Shown: positions 12,961-26,521 of the stretch, piece after piece | How the letters are laid out: each line of letters opens with the position of its first letter | Numbering within the stretch: position 1 is the stretch's first letter | Origin: Octopus vulgaris | Taxonomy: Eukaryota | Length of the DNA: 64,000 bases | Direction of reading: 5' to 3' | Assembly (NCBI GenBank): GCA_951406725.2 | Contig: OX597818.1 | Coordinates: forward strand, 113,212,001 to 113,276,000 | Translations under genes and position numbers: made by a program | The notes under the pieces: model-generated | The model's database searches: none | The model's input: only the letters and a program-made list of their open reading frames with translations | Told to the model about the DNA's origin: nothing

Positions 12961-13309
12961 CATGATTTCTAGGTTATTTCTAGGACGTGGCTGACGCGTC
13001 CTAGTAATAAACCAAAAAGATCTAGCTGCTGTCTTCTTCTTCTTCCAATCAGGACTCACGCCATTAGCCACAAAGAATAATCTCTAATTAGAGCCTACTC
13101 TAAGCTACTAGGAATGCGTGTGGCAACTTGATGATCCACCGCCCACACGCGATAGACTGGTGGTTGCTCGAGCGCGAAAGCTGTGTTGTTGTTCTCATTA
13201 CGTGAACGGTGGCTTTTAAAGAGTGTAGAGCTGAACCATCATGGGGTACAGAGGATTCGCAGTCCAGACTAGGGACTGAAAGTTTACCGCATCATAGTGC
13301 GTTACACCC

Positions 13310-13506
13310 TGGTTCCTCTGCTTTGCGGCAGAAGCAGGAAGAAAGAGTGAGAGAAAGTTGTGGTGAAAGAGTACAGCGGGGTTTACCACTGTACTCTTAC
13401 AAATTAGTTTGCTCAATAAACACTTACCATGCCCGGTCTTGGAATCGAAACCGCGTTCTTACGACCGCGAGTCCGCTGCTCTAACCACTTGGCCATTGCG
13501 CCTCCA
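13310..13506 (-). mobile_element. SINE S2
   Basis: Head GGAGGCGCAATGGCCAAGTGGTTAGAGCAGCGG...GGTTTCGATTCC with A and B boxes. Confidence 0.85.
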
Positions 13507-13854
13507 ATGCTGCTGTTGTTGCATCTCTATTAATGACGTTTTGACTGTTTTCAGTCATCAGCAAATACTAAACCTCGTAATGCCCGAGATGATATTTACA
13601 GTCCTTGCTTTGAAACGCTGTTGCTTGAAGATGCCACCCGTTGTCCTGTATTCAAGAAATATAATAGAAAACGACACAATCCGGCATAACTGCAAAAGTA
13701 GTGCAAATAGTAATGGTGCCAAAATACAAACCTTGTTTTTTTGCCATTTTTATCATCAAAAGACCGAAATTGATTGTCATTTCAGAGAACAGAAGCCTTG
13801 TTTCAGAAAGCATCTTACCACACCGCCACCTATGTATGCATAGAAATTAAAATG

Positions 13855-14518
13855 TTCTTCTCTCTTCTAGATACAAGGCCCGAAATTTTTTGTTGGGGAG
13901 GGGACCGGTCGATAAGATCGACACCAGTACGCAACTGGTACTTAATTTATTGACCCCGAAAGGACAAAAGTAAAGTTGACCTCGGCGGAATTTTAACTCA
14001 CAACGTTAAGACAGACGAAGTTTAGTATTTCGCCCGGCGTGCTAACCTTTCTGCCAGCTCGCCGTCTTGTAGCTTTACAAATATTCTTCTCTTCTCTAGG
14101 TACAAGGTCCAAAATTTGGACGGTGATGAGGGGACCAGTCGATTTGATCAACCCTAGTATGGGGTTGGTACTTAATTTATCGACCCCGAAAAATTGAAAG
14201 GTAAAGTCGACCTCGGCAGAATTTGAACTCAGAATATAAAGACAGACGAAATACTGCTAAGCATTTCGCCCGGCGTGCAAACGTTTCTTATTTCTTTACT
14301 GCCCACGAGGGGCTACACAGAGGGGACAAACAAGAACAGACAAACGGATTAAGTCGATTATATCGATCCCAGTGCGTAACTGGTACTTATTTAATCGACC
14401 CCGAAAAGATGAAAGGTAAAATTGAACTCGGCAGAATTTGAACTCAGAACATAAAGACAGACGGAATACTGTTAAGCATTTCGCCCGGCGTGCTAACGTT
14501 TCTGCCAGCTCGCCGCCC
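13855..14518 (-). mobile_element. Cluster of S1 SINEs: monomer 13855-14066 and dimer 14085-14518
   Basis: Three S1 bodies. The unit at 14289-14518 has the alternative tail gaggggacaaacaa..acagacaaacggatt. Confidence 0.9.
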
Positions 14519-14923
14519 CATGAAATTAAAATAATAATCAATAAAAAAACATCTGTAAGATGATGTAGAAATAATCAAATATTTGCGAAATCATCGATAA
14601 ATGTTTGTAATAAATACGTTATACTTTGCTTTAGTGGCATTTACTGAAAAAGAAAAAAAATGAGAAATTTCATATAGATTTAAAGGGCAGCTTGAATGTA
14701 AGAATACGTTAAATGTTTCAGTGAAAATATAAAATAATATATTACAAACTTAATGAAAGCGTAATTATGAAAATTAATAAAAGAATCAATAAGCGAAAAT
14801 ATCAACATGCAAAATTGATTAAAATTATAACAAAAATAAACAAAAATTATGAGGTAAAATACAATGTGTAAAATGGAGAATAAAATTGACAATCTATTAA
14901 TATTATATGAAAAAAAATGAACA

Positions 14924-15106
14924 TATACTTATAAAATATACTTATATAAAATATACTTATATAATATACTTATATAATATACTTATAAAATATACTTATA
15001 TAAAATATACTTATATAAAATATACTTATATACTTATATATATACTTATATAATATACTTATATATATACTTATAAAATATACTTATATAAAATATACTT
15101 ATAAAA
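14924..15106. repeat. Minisatellite, unit atatacttata(t)aa (~13 nt)
   Basis: Seen directly. Confidence 0.9.
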
Positions 15107-16971
15107 CGTAGATTTGTTTAATGAGGATTAAAGCACGCGTCATTATAAAAACCGGATAAGTTGTTTTACAATGAAAAATACGATGCCTGGTCAAAATGTA
15201 TTGGGACTGACGCTATAAAAAGGTGACTACAAGACAGCAATTCAGCATTTAATCCCTTTTCATGTTGTCTCTTTTCTGAAGCCACAGACATTGTCTAGTG
15301 TGGTTTCCTTTCATAGAAATATTTCTGGAATTCATTTGTTTGTTTTTTTTCCTTTTGTTTTATTTTTGAATACCGAACAGCTGCCTCACATAAAGCATTT
15401 CGATATTTGAAAACTTGTTCCTTCGAAGTGGAGTTCCTTTCAAGCATTAGTTTTGGAGACATATCCGTAGACACATGATCAGTCGCTTGTTATGGTCATT
15501 TTCAAAAGCGTTTTCGTCTTCAACGACACAATCAAGATCTTACGAAACAGAAACCCGATGCTTCTTTTATGAGACAACCACACTTTTATTCCTAGCACTG
15601 CAAGAAAGTTATAACTTAGTGTGCATGCGCGACAGATCTCAAGGCCAATCTGTGCCAAACTGCCAAATTCTGCGTAGTTTAGCTCCGTTACTATAGCAAA
15701 AGTCTCGATATTTTTTAACCAGACCTCGTATATTCTCTAACACATCTGCTGCTAAAGTTAACACCGAATACAGAAGGTGACTAGATCACCAAAAGTATAA
15801 AATGAGACCTGCCTTTGTTTCGAATGAACCAATTAGGGCTTTCAAGCGATCTCCAAAACATGAACGCTGCGCGACATGTCTCCCCCGGGTGAAGGATCCT
15901 AATTTATAGGGTTCGGTGCGCCAGCCTATCAAACTGTCCTGTTGCTTTGAGAGCATATCATGGAAATTAAGAGCTAGAAGATAAAATTCTTAATGTAAAA
16001 CAAAGTATGGCAAAGAGTTGTGAGGTGGAATAGGTATTTCGGTTGCAGACCACCTGAAGTTTTATATGTGAGACGCCAGCGAGATGATGCTTCGTGTTTA
16101 GCTTGAAATTGATGATAACTTTGAATTTTCAACACCGATGGTGCTTAGATGAAGCACCATTAAATTTGGGTTAGAAAAAGAATATATTTGCCCATTTACT
16201 ATGGTAACTGTACAGCGTCTGCTTCAATGATGTGTTTTAACACTCTCAGATAGTTTCTATCGTTATCAATATATTTTCGCTGACAACTCCTCGTGTATTC
16301 CCTGGTTATTTAGAAGAAACAGTTCTTAGAAGTTCATTTCTGTTACTAATTTTATTAGATACTGCGTTGTTGTTGTTGTATTTATTGCTTATATTTCTTA
16401 TAGCTTTATATTCCTACTCTCTTGATACAGCTTTCAGGCTTACGGAGCGAGAAGTTTCAAATGTTGATTTGTCATTCACTGTAGTTTCAAGAGAAATACA
16501 ATTTCAACATTTCTATTCATACAATGTCTGTCGTTTCTGAAATGAAATTCAATATTATTTCATTTTTACTATATTTTCATACAAGTTAGGCATAGAAAAA
16601 CGTAAAAAAGTATGCTAATAATGTGTTTTTTTTAAAAGTTATCGGGTGATGGAAAGTTTTTACGTATTTCAAAAGCAGTTTTCAGTATTCATGTGTTTAA
16701 AGATTATACTAGGAGAGTTTTTGCTCTTAGCTTATTCAAGTTCCCTTATTTCCTAATGTAAAAATTGAACCCTATCTGACTTTAGTACTACCATTATAAT
16801 TATACTATGTTGTACTACACGTACGCTCTAATGCTTTATCGTATTCACAATTACAATTGCTATACTTGACATATTTATTTGTACAGTTCTATATTTAATA
16901 GATTAGGAATTATGTACATTATTTATATTATATACATTTGACGGATATTTGTCCTCATCTTGTTTGTTGGT

Positions 16972-17017
16972 AACACAATGTTTCGGCTGATATACTCTCC
17001 AGCCTTCATCAGGTGCC
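16972..17017 (-). ncRNA. Hammerhead ribozyme, family A
   Basis: GGCAC-CTGATGA-a-GGCTG..CAGCC-GAAA-CA-TT-GTGTT. Confidence 0.8.
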
Positions 17018-17212
17018 TTGGGGAAGTTTCGAACCTGGGTTCTCATTCCTAAGGTATTTTACGCTGTTATTATTATTATTATTCAGGTCACTGCCTGGAA
17101 TTGAACTCGGAATCTTGGCGTTAGTAGCCCGCGGTTTTAACCACTGTGCCATAATGGTTAAGAGTGCGGGCTACTAACCCCAAGATTCCGAGTACGATTC
17201 CAGATAGTCACT

Positions 17213-17257
<45 letters not shown>

Positions 17258-17313
17258 GCAACATCATCGAAAAATATCTTAGGAATGAGAACCTAGGTTT
17301 GAAATTTCCCCAA

Positions 17314-17359
17314 GACATCTGATGAAGGCCGGAGGGTATATCAGCCGAAACGTTGTGTT
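17314..17359 (+). ncRNA. Hammerhead ribozyme, family A
   Basis: GACAT-CTGATGA-a-GGCCG..CAGCC-GAAA-CG-TT-GTGTT; palindromic AACGTT across stem III. Confidence 0.82.
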
Positions 17360-18162
17360 AACAACAAACAAGATGAGGACAAATATCCGTCAAATATAAA
17401 TAATGTATCTATAGTTGTCCTTTGCGTTCCTTTAGCTTTCAGAGTAACGCTTTTAGATCTATTGGTATGTCCAGACATGTGACCTCTACTTGCTAACATA
17501 GGTTCTTAGAAACTTATCGCTTCAAAGATCAGTTGTATCAAGTTACCCCCTATCTGACATATTCTCATTCTCCGCATCTATTGTATTGTAATTAAAACCT
17601 TTATCGATATCTTTACCAATATCCCTATCGTTAATTATGCTACACAAACCCATCCTCTTAAATATTCAATGCCATATATCCGAGCTTACGTGTGTATATA
17701 TGTGTGTGTGGGTATGTTGTTATGTATGCATATATGTGTAAAATGTAAGTATACACGTATAAATATGGTTGCATCATTTAAAATATACGTATAAATATGT
17801 TCCTATCATTTTAAGGTGTCGCAATCACATCATGGATTTTGCGGGACACTTTCTGTTTTGGGAAAAAAATTTCGACTTAATGAATTATTTGTATAATGTA
17901 GAATAAATCATGGACATAGGAAACGTTCACTTTACTATTTTCGCATTCTTTTTGCGACAGCAATGCGTAGGTTGTGATTCTAAAAGCATTTATGCAGACC
18001 TTTGCAGTGTTTCTAGAACCGAAGAATAATATGAAAACAGACTCGTTCTTGTGTAAATTCGTAAAATTATTCTTTTAAATTATAAAGAAGGATAAGAGGA
18101 ACAGGTTCATAGCTTGTGCTGATATTGAAGATTATGATGACTATAATATACGTGTATGTATG

Positions 18163-18203
<41 letters not shown>

Positions 18204-18338
18204 GTGAGCGCGCGCACACACACACATACACACACACATATATATATATACATAGATCTATATGTGTTTATGTTTATATATGTATGCATCTATGTACGTA
18301 TATGCATATATCTGTGTGTGTTTATGTATATGTGTGTA

Positions 18339-18386
<48 letters not shown>

Positions 18387-18797
18387 TGTATTTATATGTA
18401 TATACACATGCACTGAGGTATATATACACATACACATCCCACACACGCACATAGGGTTTTGTTCATGAGCGTCGGATATATGTATACGAGTATTTTGTAA
18501 TAAATCGTGTTGGCCATGTAATGAAAACAAACCTAAGCAAGAGCATAACTTTAAATTGAAGTATATTCGATAGAACGAAATTGCTTTCTGTGACTCACAT
18601 CCCTGAAGGAGCTGAAGTTCTCATATCAAAGAAACCATTCTCGCTTCCGTGTGGTTTTTCTCTTAAACACTATTTCCAATTCCAATTACATCGAATTCTA
18701 TCCTTATAATTGGCTATTCCATCAATTGCATCCTAATATCCAAGTCTTTTGAATTAGGAAATCAGTCTTCTCATTGCTACATATTAGGTTTATAAAC

Positions 18798-18829
<32 letters not shown>

Positions 18830-18949
18830 ACATATATGTATATATAATTATTCTAACCTATTCCTCTTACTCTTTTCATTCCATTACACTCTTTCGACCT
18901 TCCTGTATATTTTTCTATGTATCTATGTATATAGGTAAACATGAACATA

Positions 18950-19790
18950 CATAGATACATGCATACATACATATTTGCATATAGATATATAATAATCTCT
19001 ATGCATATGTATACATATATATAATATATATTATTTATATATAACATATATATATGTAATATATGTATATATATATGATATATATATACATATGTATATA
19101 TATATATGTATATATATATGTGTATATATATGTGTATATATATATGTGTATATATATGTGCATATATATATGTGTATATATATATGTGTATATATATATG
19201 TGCATATATATATGTGTATATATATATGTGTATATATATATGTGTATATATATATGTGTATATATATGTGTGTATATATATGTGTATATATATATGTGTA
19301 TATATATATGTGTATATATATATGTGTATATATATATGTGTATATATATATGTGTATATATATATGTGTATATATATGTATGTATATATATATGTGTGTA
19401 TATATATATGTGTGTATATATATATATGTGTATATATATGTGTGTATATATATATATACGTGTGTGTATATGTATATGTATATAAATGTATGTATGTGTG
19501 TATATGTATATATATATAAATGTATGTATATGTGTATATATGTATATGAATATATATGTATATGTGTATATATATGAATATATATTTATATATATATATA
19601 TATATGTATGTATATATATATATATGTATGTATATATATATATACGTGTGTGTATATGTATATATATATATCAATGTGTGTATATGTGTGTATATATGTA
19701 TATATATATCAATGTGTGTATATGTGTGTATATATGTATATATATATCAATTTGTGTATATGTGTATATATAAGGACATATATACATGTT
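18950..19790. repeat. Long (TA)n/(TATATGTG)n simple-repeat block
   Basis: Seen directly. Confidence 0.95.
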
Positions 19791-20655
19791 TACTTATGTT
19801 TGTGTAAATGTGTGAAAGCCAGTATATCTAAGCAGGCATGAGCAAGACGTTCACCGTCGTGTCTTTTCAATAAACATACATTTATATCGATGTAAAAAAA
19901 AATTGATGACGATGTTAAACTCCATGTTTTTTCTCTGTGCAGGCAAAGAAACGACATTGGTTTGGATTAGATTCACTGCTTCAACTACGTCATAAAACTG
20001 CGGCTATTCATTTTTCCTGAACTACAGATACGTAGATAATGCCGATTTATTTTATACACAGCTTAGACGCAACCCAGCCATAATTTTTACAGAGGCGTTT
20101 TTGAAAATAGTGAATATTCTACATAGCTATTAAGTTCTCTTATCTCGATGGTCAAGAAAATGAGAAACCGACTTCTGATGAAGCGAAAAATAGCTGACAT
20201 TATTTACTTCGATATCTTTTCTTTCCGTGTGTTAAGGCCAGCCGCTTCTTATCTCGATATTTTTAGAAATACATTTATATAGAAAATACATAGCAGCTCT
20301 CCCGCCTCTCTCTCTCTCTCTCTCTCTCACGCGCGTTCTCTAGAAAATGTATGTGTGTGTGACTGTGTTTGTGTTCGTATGCTGTTTATGTGTTTGTGTT
20401 AATGTGAGTGCATGTACGAGTTTGCATTCGTCTCTCACCTGACAAATCTACCACGCTTTATGTGGCATAATATCTCTCACATTTGACTCGATTTTGTCGA
20501 CTATACCGTCTAAGGTGTTTAAGCATTTCCGCAGACCAATGGCCTAAATAAGCAAAATAATAGAATTGGTAGATATATTGTAGATATATTTCGGACTTTT
20601 ATTTCAAAAATGGTGCTATATTTCACTACGTATGACAATTATAACTAAATATATG

Positions 20656-20884
20656 TTTCTTTATTACCCACGAGGGGCTAAACATAGAGGGGACAAACAA
20701 GGACAGACAATTGAATTAAGTCGATTACATCAACCACAGTGCGTAACTGGTCCTTAATTTATCGACCCCGAAAGGATGAAAGGCAAAGACGACCTCAGCG
20801 GAATTTGAACTCAGAGCGTAATAGCAGACGAAATACTGACAAAAATTTTGCCCTGCGTGCTAACGTTTCTGCCAGCTCGCTGCA
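20656..20884 (-). mobile_element. SINE S1 with the alternative tail
   Basis: Homology to 14289-14518 and 39821-40051. Confidence 0.9.
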
Positions 20885-20979
20885 TTAAGTCCATAAGATA
20901 TTAATGTTAAAATTAGAAATATCATTAGAAACAGATTCATTCTAACAACCGGAGATTATAGCTATATTATTTTTTCCGA

Positions 20980-21346
20980 GGTCTTCCCTGGTTGATCATT
21001 TCTTGATGTGGAGACCCCCTTCGGTCATGACTGACCATGGGATTGCACCTAGAAAGTTACCTTCCCAGGCACAAGTCCGGGCAATGTTGTTTGTAGAAGA
21101 CCAGCAGTCGCTCATGCATGCCAGCCTCCCCTCTCCACACCACCAGTATTATCCAAGGGAAGGGCAAAGGCCGATACAGCTTGGCACCTGTGATGTGGCA
21201 ACTCATTTCTACAGCTTAGTGAACTGGAGCAACGTGAAATAAAGTGTCTTGCTCAAGACAAGAGCAAAACACGCAGCCTGGTCCGGGATTCGAATTCACC
21301 TCACGATTGTAAGCTCGCAGCTCTAACCACTGAGCCATGCGCCTTC
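20980..21346 (-). mobile_element. S2-type SINE with a distinct 3' tail
   Basis: Head GGCGCATGGCTCAGTGGTTAGAGC; core cttgagcaagacactttatttcacgttgctccagttcac shared with 27466-27590. Confidence 0.8.
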
Positions 21347-24200
21347 CCATTTCTTGATAATAGTGCAAATAAAAATCATTTTTGCTACCAGTAAAAACAA
21401 CTGAATGAGCGAGCAAGTGACCACTGTAACCCCAACACAAGAATTGAGATTCATAGCAGATTTTCGTAATTTTTTTTTTTTACTGTACATGATTCAGTAC
21501 CGCTGCTGTTTCGTTGTTCAGTCAAATTTAAGAAGTGACTGATATTTATTTTGGGTTAAGGATACCTATGTATATTACCTATTTGTTACATTTCTATGAA
21601 ATTTCAATACCAAAAATCGACTGCGTTCGTTACACTATTGTTTGGATTAAATATAGAGCTGCATTTATATTATATCGGTGAAGTGAGAGAAACGGTGCTG
21701 CGCAGAACTATACATGTATTTGCGTCTCTCACTACTCTGCATTGAAATCCAACCGGTGTTGCTTTGAACTTCATTCATTTGTGATCGATAAAATCTGTCA
21801 CTGAGTTGAAAGAATTGGGTTTCATTTATATTAGATTATGCCTTGTACTGAACGCAGGAGAGCGGGGATTAAGTGCAGAATTACTGTAGTTGGGCTTAAT
21901 TTGTCATCCAGTGTATATACACTTGCAAATATAAATTCTTAATTGCACGTATATAGAGATTGTGAATTACTCATTAATACTGTGATCATTAATGCACAGT
22001 GGTTTGGTATTGGTTTAATGGAGTGGTTATTATCATATTTAGGTAGGATAATGAATTGGATAGTATGAAGAAAAGACTAGTTCTAATCACAAATTGATTG
22101 AAATAATTTATAAATAAAAAAATCTGAATGTATGAGCAGATGGATGTTTGTACGTAAATGAGGGCAAGTGTTCTCCTTTGTATTTCTCCCCGTCCTCATT
22201 TAACAAAATCGAAACGTTCAAACCAACCTCGAACACTTTTTTCCATCAAATATCTGTATGCATTTAATCCATAAAGGATTTAATGTGTATTAATCAACCG
22301 ATAATGATGCCTATAATTTAATAACCAGGCGTGTAGCACATGTAGATTAAAAGCTCTTTCGATTAGTTTTAACTTCAGAATTTAATAAGTAGTTTGCTTG
22401 TGTATTTTCTTATGGCTTTTCCTGTACAATGAGTATAATTAAACCTGGTTTCCCGAAAGTTACATTCAAGTGGAAGCAGACAAGTCAATGTGAACTGAAA
22501 CTTTTAACAACAGATTTCAATTAATTAAACTTCGTTTGAATTAAATGAAAATGAGGACGGTATTAATTATTTAAACAACCCAAAACGAAGAACATATAAT
22601 TGAAATAGATTTTAGTTTCTGCAAGCTATTCATTAATATTATCTTATAAACATATGTGATTCAACAGCATTTAATTTACACCTATTGTTTTACACAATGT
22701 GACAAGCAATTATGTTAAATAAAAGGCAATTATTACAAACTAATGTGCAAATTACTCATTAGTGAACGCAAACCTATATTCATACAATTCTAGTGCTGAG
22801 TGATGGTTGAAGGGCAATGTATGTATAAATTGTAATGATTATAATAATTTGGATTCAGACCTGCTACAAGGTCACAAAAGTATGGGGAAGGGTAAGAGTT
22901 GCTACATTAAGCAGAAAGTCAGCTGCAATAAAATAAAACCTGAAATTAAGACAAAACAACTTAAGTAAAATTATTTCCCTTTTTTTATTTTAGTTGTGAA
23001 GAAACTGTCTTCAGTGCTTATGTTCTTGGTTCAACTCCAACGAATTACATTTTGGTTAGTACATGTTTAATGTAGCGTCAGATGAATACAAGTCTTATGA
23101 ATGAAATTCGATAGAAGAAACTAGAAAATGGTTGCATGGATGTAACTTGTGATTCAAATGTCATATAGTGCGTCACGTTGAGTCGAGTTCTGTAATATAT
23201 TAAGGTGACAAATAAACCGATATATAAATCAGTCATAAATTAGGCTAGCACCGTTAATCACAGAGTGATTTATATATATATATATATATATCTGAGCTTT
23301 CTGTGCTTGTCATTAATATTTATTTTATGCAATATTTATTATTTTATGCAAAATACGGTGTAATTCAAACGGTTAACAGCTGAACACTGAATCTGTTGAG
23401 GAAAAGCAGTTGAATACCTCGTCTCTGTGAAGCGACCAATAAACTATGAAACGCTCCGCCGGAAAGAAATCTCTCTTGCTTTTCTAAACAACATTAATAA
23501 CTCAGAATTTCTTTTTTATATTTCAACCAAATTGAGATTCGCATTTGTCTCTGATTATTCCAGTTCTTTTGATTTTCAAAGTGTTTTATGCATAAAATAG
23601 ATATTTCTCAAGTACTGACGAACTGTGAATATGGCGACTATGCAAATTAAGTTTCCCATTACGGTGCTTACCAGATTTATGGCTGACTTCTATAGCACAG
23701 TACTATCCATTGGAGTCATTTGTTCACTTGGAAAACTGTTTCAAATTCAGTAACAGCAAATTCTTCACCTATGATATCTATTTCCTTTTCTCCACATGTA
23801 AACGCTATGAGGCTCATATCTTCCGAAAGTCTCTGTCAAACCGTCCAATTACATACTTCAGCTCATATTTTATTCTGTGTACATCTACTGGGTCGTTGCT
23901 TTCCTCATTTTCTTTTACTATAGATATATTAAGAAGAAAATACACCGATGTTGACTCTCAGTTAAATAATTTTCAATTTCATTTTTAAATAGTGTTTTGA
24001 TACTCTAACACAGCCTTGGATTTTTATCTCATTCAGTTATTTTCTTATATATATGCATCCTAATATATGACCTACATTGGACTCATCATTCGCATAATCA
24101 CCGAACCTGGAGCTTACCTATAGTCTGTCCATAGCACTTACTCAGCATTACCTGACACCTTTCGGTTTTCTTGACCCTATTGCCTCTCATAACCTATATA

Positions 24201-24437
24201 TAGGTCCCATTCCTGGCAAGTTTCTTGTCGGTGCCTCCATAGTCGAAGCAATAATATCGAAAATGGTCGAAATTACGTTTGTCTCCTCTTGCCGATAACT
24301 AATGAATAATTGGTGACCTGTTTTCTCTACGCCTGTGTATGTAGTATATGTTCGTTTCTTTATTTTTTTTCAATTATATATATGTATATAGGCAGGTCAT
24401 ATTTTCAGTTTGTTGTCTTTTTATCTAATCTTGAAAA

Positions 24438-24475
<38 letters not shown>

Positions 24476-24713
24476 TTTTCAAGATTAGATAAAAAGACAA
24501 CAAACTGAAAATATGACCTGCCTATATACATATATATAATTGAAAAAAAAATAAAGAAACGAACATATACTACATACACAGGCGTAGAGAAAACAGGTCA
24601 CCAATTATTCATTAGTTATCGGCAAGAGGAGACAAACGTAATTTCGACCATTTTCGATATTATTGCTTCGACTATGGAGGCACCGACAAGAAACTTGCCA
24701 GGAATGGGACCTA
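24201..24713. repeat. Near-perfect ~240-bp-arm palindrome centred on (TA)n
   Basis: 24201-24440 is the reverse complement of 24473-24713; the only difference noticed is one base in a poly-T tract. Confidence 0.95.
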
Positions 24714-25028
24714 AACATAACTAAACAAAACGGGCTCGAGACGAGACCGTTAATTGACGGACGGGGGACAAAACAATAAACAGAATATGGACTTAGGGTT
24801 AACAAGAAGACGACGATTAATAATGATAATACATATACAACGTGAAGACTTGGGGCTGCAGGAAAAAACAAAAATGGGTAATACGAAACGAGATCCCATG
24901 CAGTTTCGATCTGAATTCACTCAAAAGGGATTGAATACGCAATGGAATTATACCCGCGATTATGTGGATGGGAAATGAACGTCTTAACCACACAGCCATA
25001 CTGTGCCTATATATATATATAAAATAAA

Positions 25029-25268
25029 TGCGCCCTTTTAAAGCCTAGCCAGGCTCATGGACTTGGTTTCTGTGGCGTATGTGCTCTCCAGCTGTACGGG
25101 ACGCCAGTCCATCCCAGCGTTACTCATTTTTGCCAGCTGAGTGGACTGGAGCAACCTGAAATCAAGTGCTTTGCTCAAGAGCACAACGCGTCGCCCGGTC
25201 CAGGAATCGAAACCGCAATCTTACGAGCACGGTGCTGACACACTAACCACTAAGCCACGCGCCTGCAC
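25029..25268 (-). mobile_element. S2-type SINE
   Basis: Head GGCGCGTGGCTTAGTGGTTAG..GGTTTCGATTCC; tail shared with 59402-59510 and 60725-60941. Confidence 0.85.
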
Positions 25269-25634
25269 ACCGTGCCTATATAGTGACGATACTATCAAAC
25301 TAAATATATTTCAACCACATATTCTTACTGCTGTCTGATGTTGTTTCAAAATGAAATCCAATACAGACAGAATCTCATAGAATTGTCTTCGATAAATGAA
25401 GACGGTAACAATTAGAACTGCCAATATTTTTGACCAGTCAGTCACTGAGAGAAACAAAGTTACGATTTAGTGAATCGTGAAAAATATGAAATGCGTTTTC
25501 CCGCAGTTTATGAAGATTAAAGAAAAGAAATATCGTAAGCGGAGAGGATAAAGATTTGAGAGGGAGATTAAACATTTGTTCTTATCTTCCATTCATAGCA
25601 CAATGCATCCACTTGTTCAATCAAGCTCGCTTAC

Positions 25635-25688
25635 GCTATTCACTAGAGACGTGCGTTCTATTTTGCGTCGGAAGAAGTCAGTAGCAGC
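25635..25688 (-). CDS. Candidate 54-nt phase-0 host exon (AATDFFRRKIERTSLVNS)
   Basis: Acceptor ttcttattccgttcaacag, donor GTAAGC, single open frame. No homology recognised. Confidence 0.35.
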
Positions 25689-25778
25689 CTGTTGAACGGA
25701 ATAAGAATTATGTGTGGTGTGAGGGCATATATATGTAAGTGTGTATATGTGTGCATTTATATGTGTGTGTGTATATCC

Positions 25779-25825
<47 letters not shown>

Positions 25826-26314
25826 TGTATGTATGTATATGTATGTATGTATATGTATGTATACACAGTGAGATAGATAGACAGGCAGGCAGACAGAGAA
25901 ACAGAGTGGCAGAGTGAGAGGGAGAGAAAGAGAGTGACAGACAGACAAAGATTGATATATAAACAGATAGAAATACACATAAATGTATATGTAGATACAT
26001 AAACATCCACTAGCCTTAGATTATTTTCTATGTCTTACACATAACTACCGATGTATGCATCCCTTTCGTTTCCTTTCTCTCTTTTTATGTATAAACGTAC
26101 ATATGGCCACATACATAGACATGCAGAAAGAGAGAGTGAGAGAGAGGGAAATGCAGAAAATATTGAAGGCAGAGAAAGGGTTATGGTGATGTTGGTGTGC
26201 TTAAATATAGCAGATTTCTATTACACAATAGTGTAATAGATATGTATCTATATCTCTCTCTCTCCACACACACGTACAAATGTAAGTATGTATCTGTGTG
26301 TGTGTGTATGTAGC

Positions 26315-26469
26315 AGGCGTAGCAATGGTTGTGTGGTACGAAGTTTGCTTCCCAACCACATGGTTCAGGCTCACTGCGTGGCACGCTGGGCAAGTGTCTT
26401 TTACTATAGCCTCAGACTGACCAAAGCCTTGTGAGTGGATTTGATAGGCGGAAACTAAAAGAAGACCAT

Positions 26470-26511
<42 letters not shown>

Positions 26512-26521
26512 ACCATCACTT
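26315..26521 (+). mobile_element. SINE S3, cut off by a fold-back insertion
   Basis: Head tggttgtgtggtacgaagtttgcttcccaaccacatgg; breaks at caccatcactt, where other S3 copies continue. Confidence 0.85.

Larger units (their letters stand above)
16885..17407. mobile_element. Head-to-head dimer of a tRNA-headed, hammerhead-containing SINE (family A)
   Basis: Each arm is a tRNA-like head (A box TGGCACAGTGG, B box GAGTTCAATTCC in the left arm), then (AAT)n, then an HHR-bearing body. Arms 16885-17152 (-) and 17155-17407 (+). Confidence 0.88.

Noticed and set aside
13533-13563. HHR-like CTGATGACTGAAAACAGTCAAAACGTC on the minus strand
   Set aside because: GAAA absent, stem II overlaps the core and there is no stem I; at best a dead relic.
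17084-17215. Functional tRNA genes
   Set aside because: No acceptor stem, and the sequence is fused to repeat bodies; these are SINE heads.
24265-24318. Possible type II hammerhead in the palindrome arm (ggtcGAAA...CTAATGA...gacc)
   Set aside because: The essential G5 is missing and the spacing is wrong.
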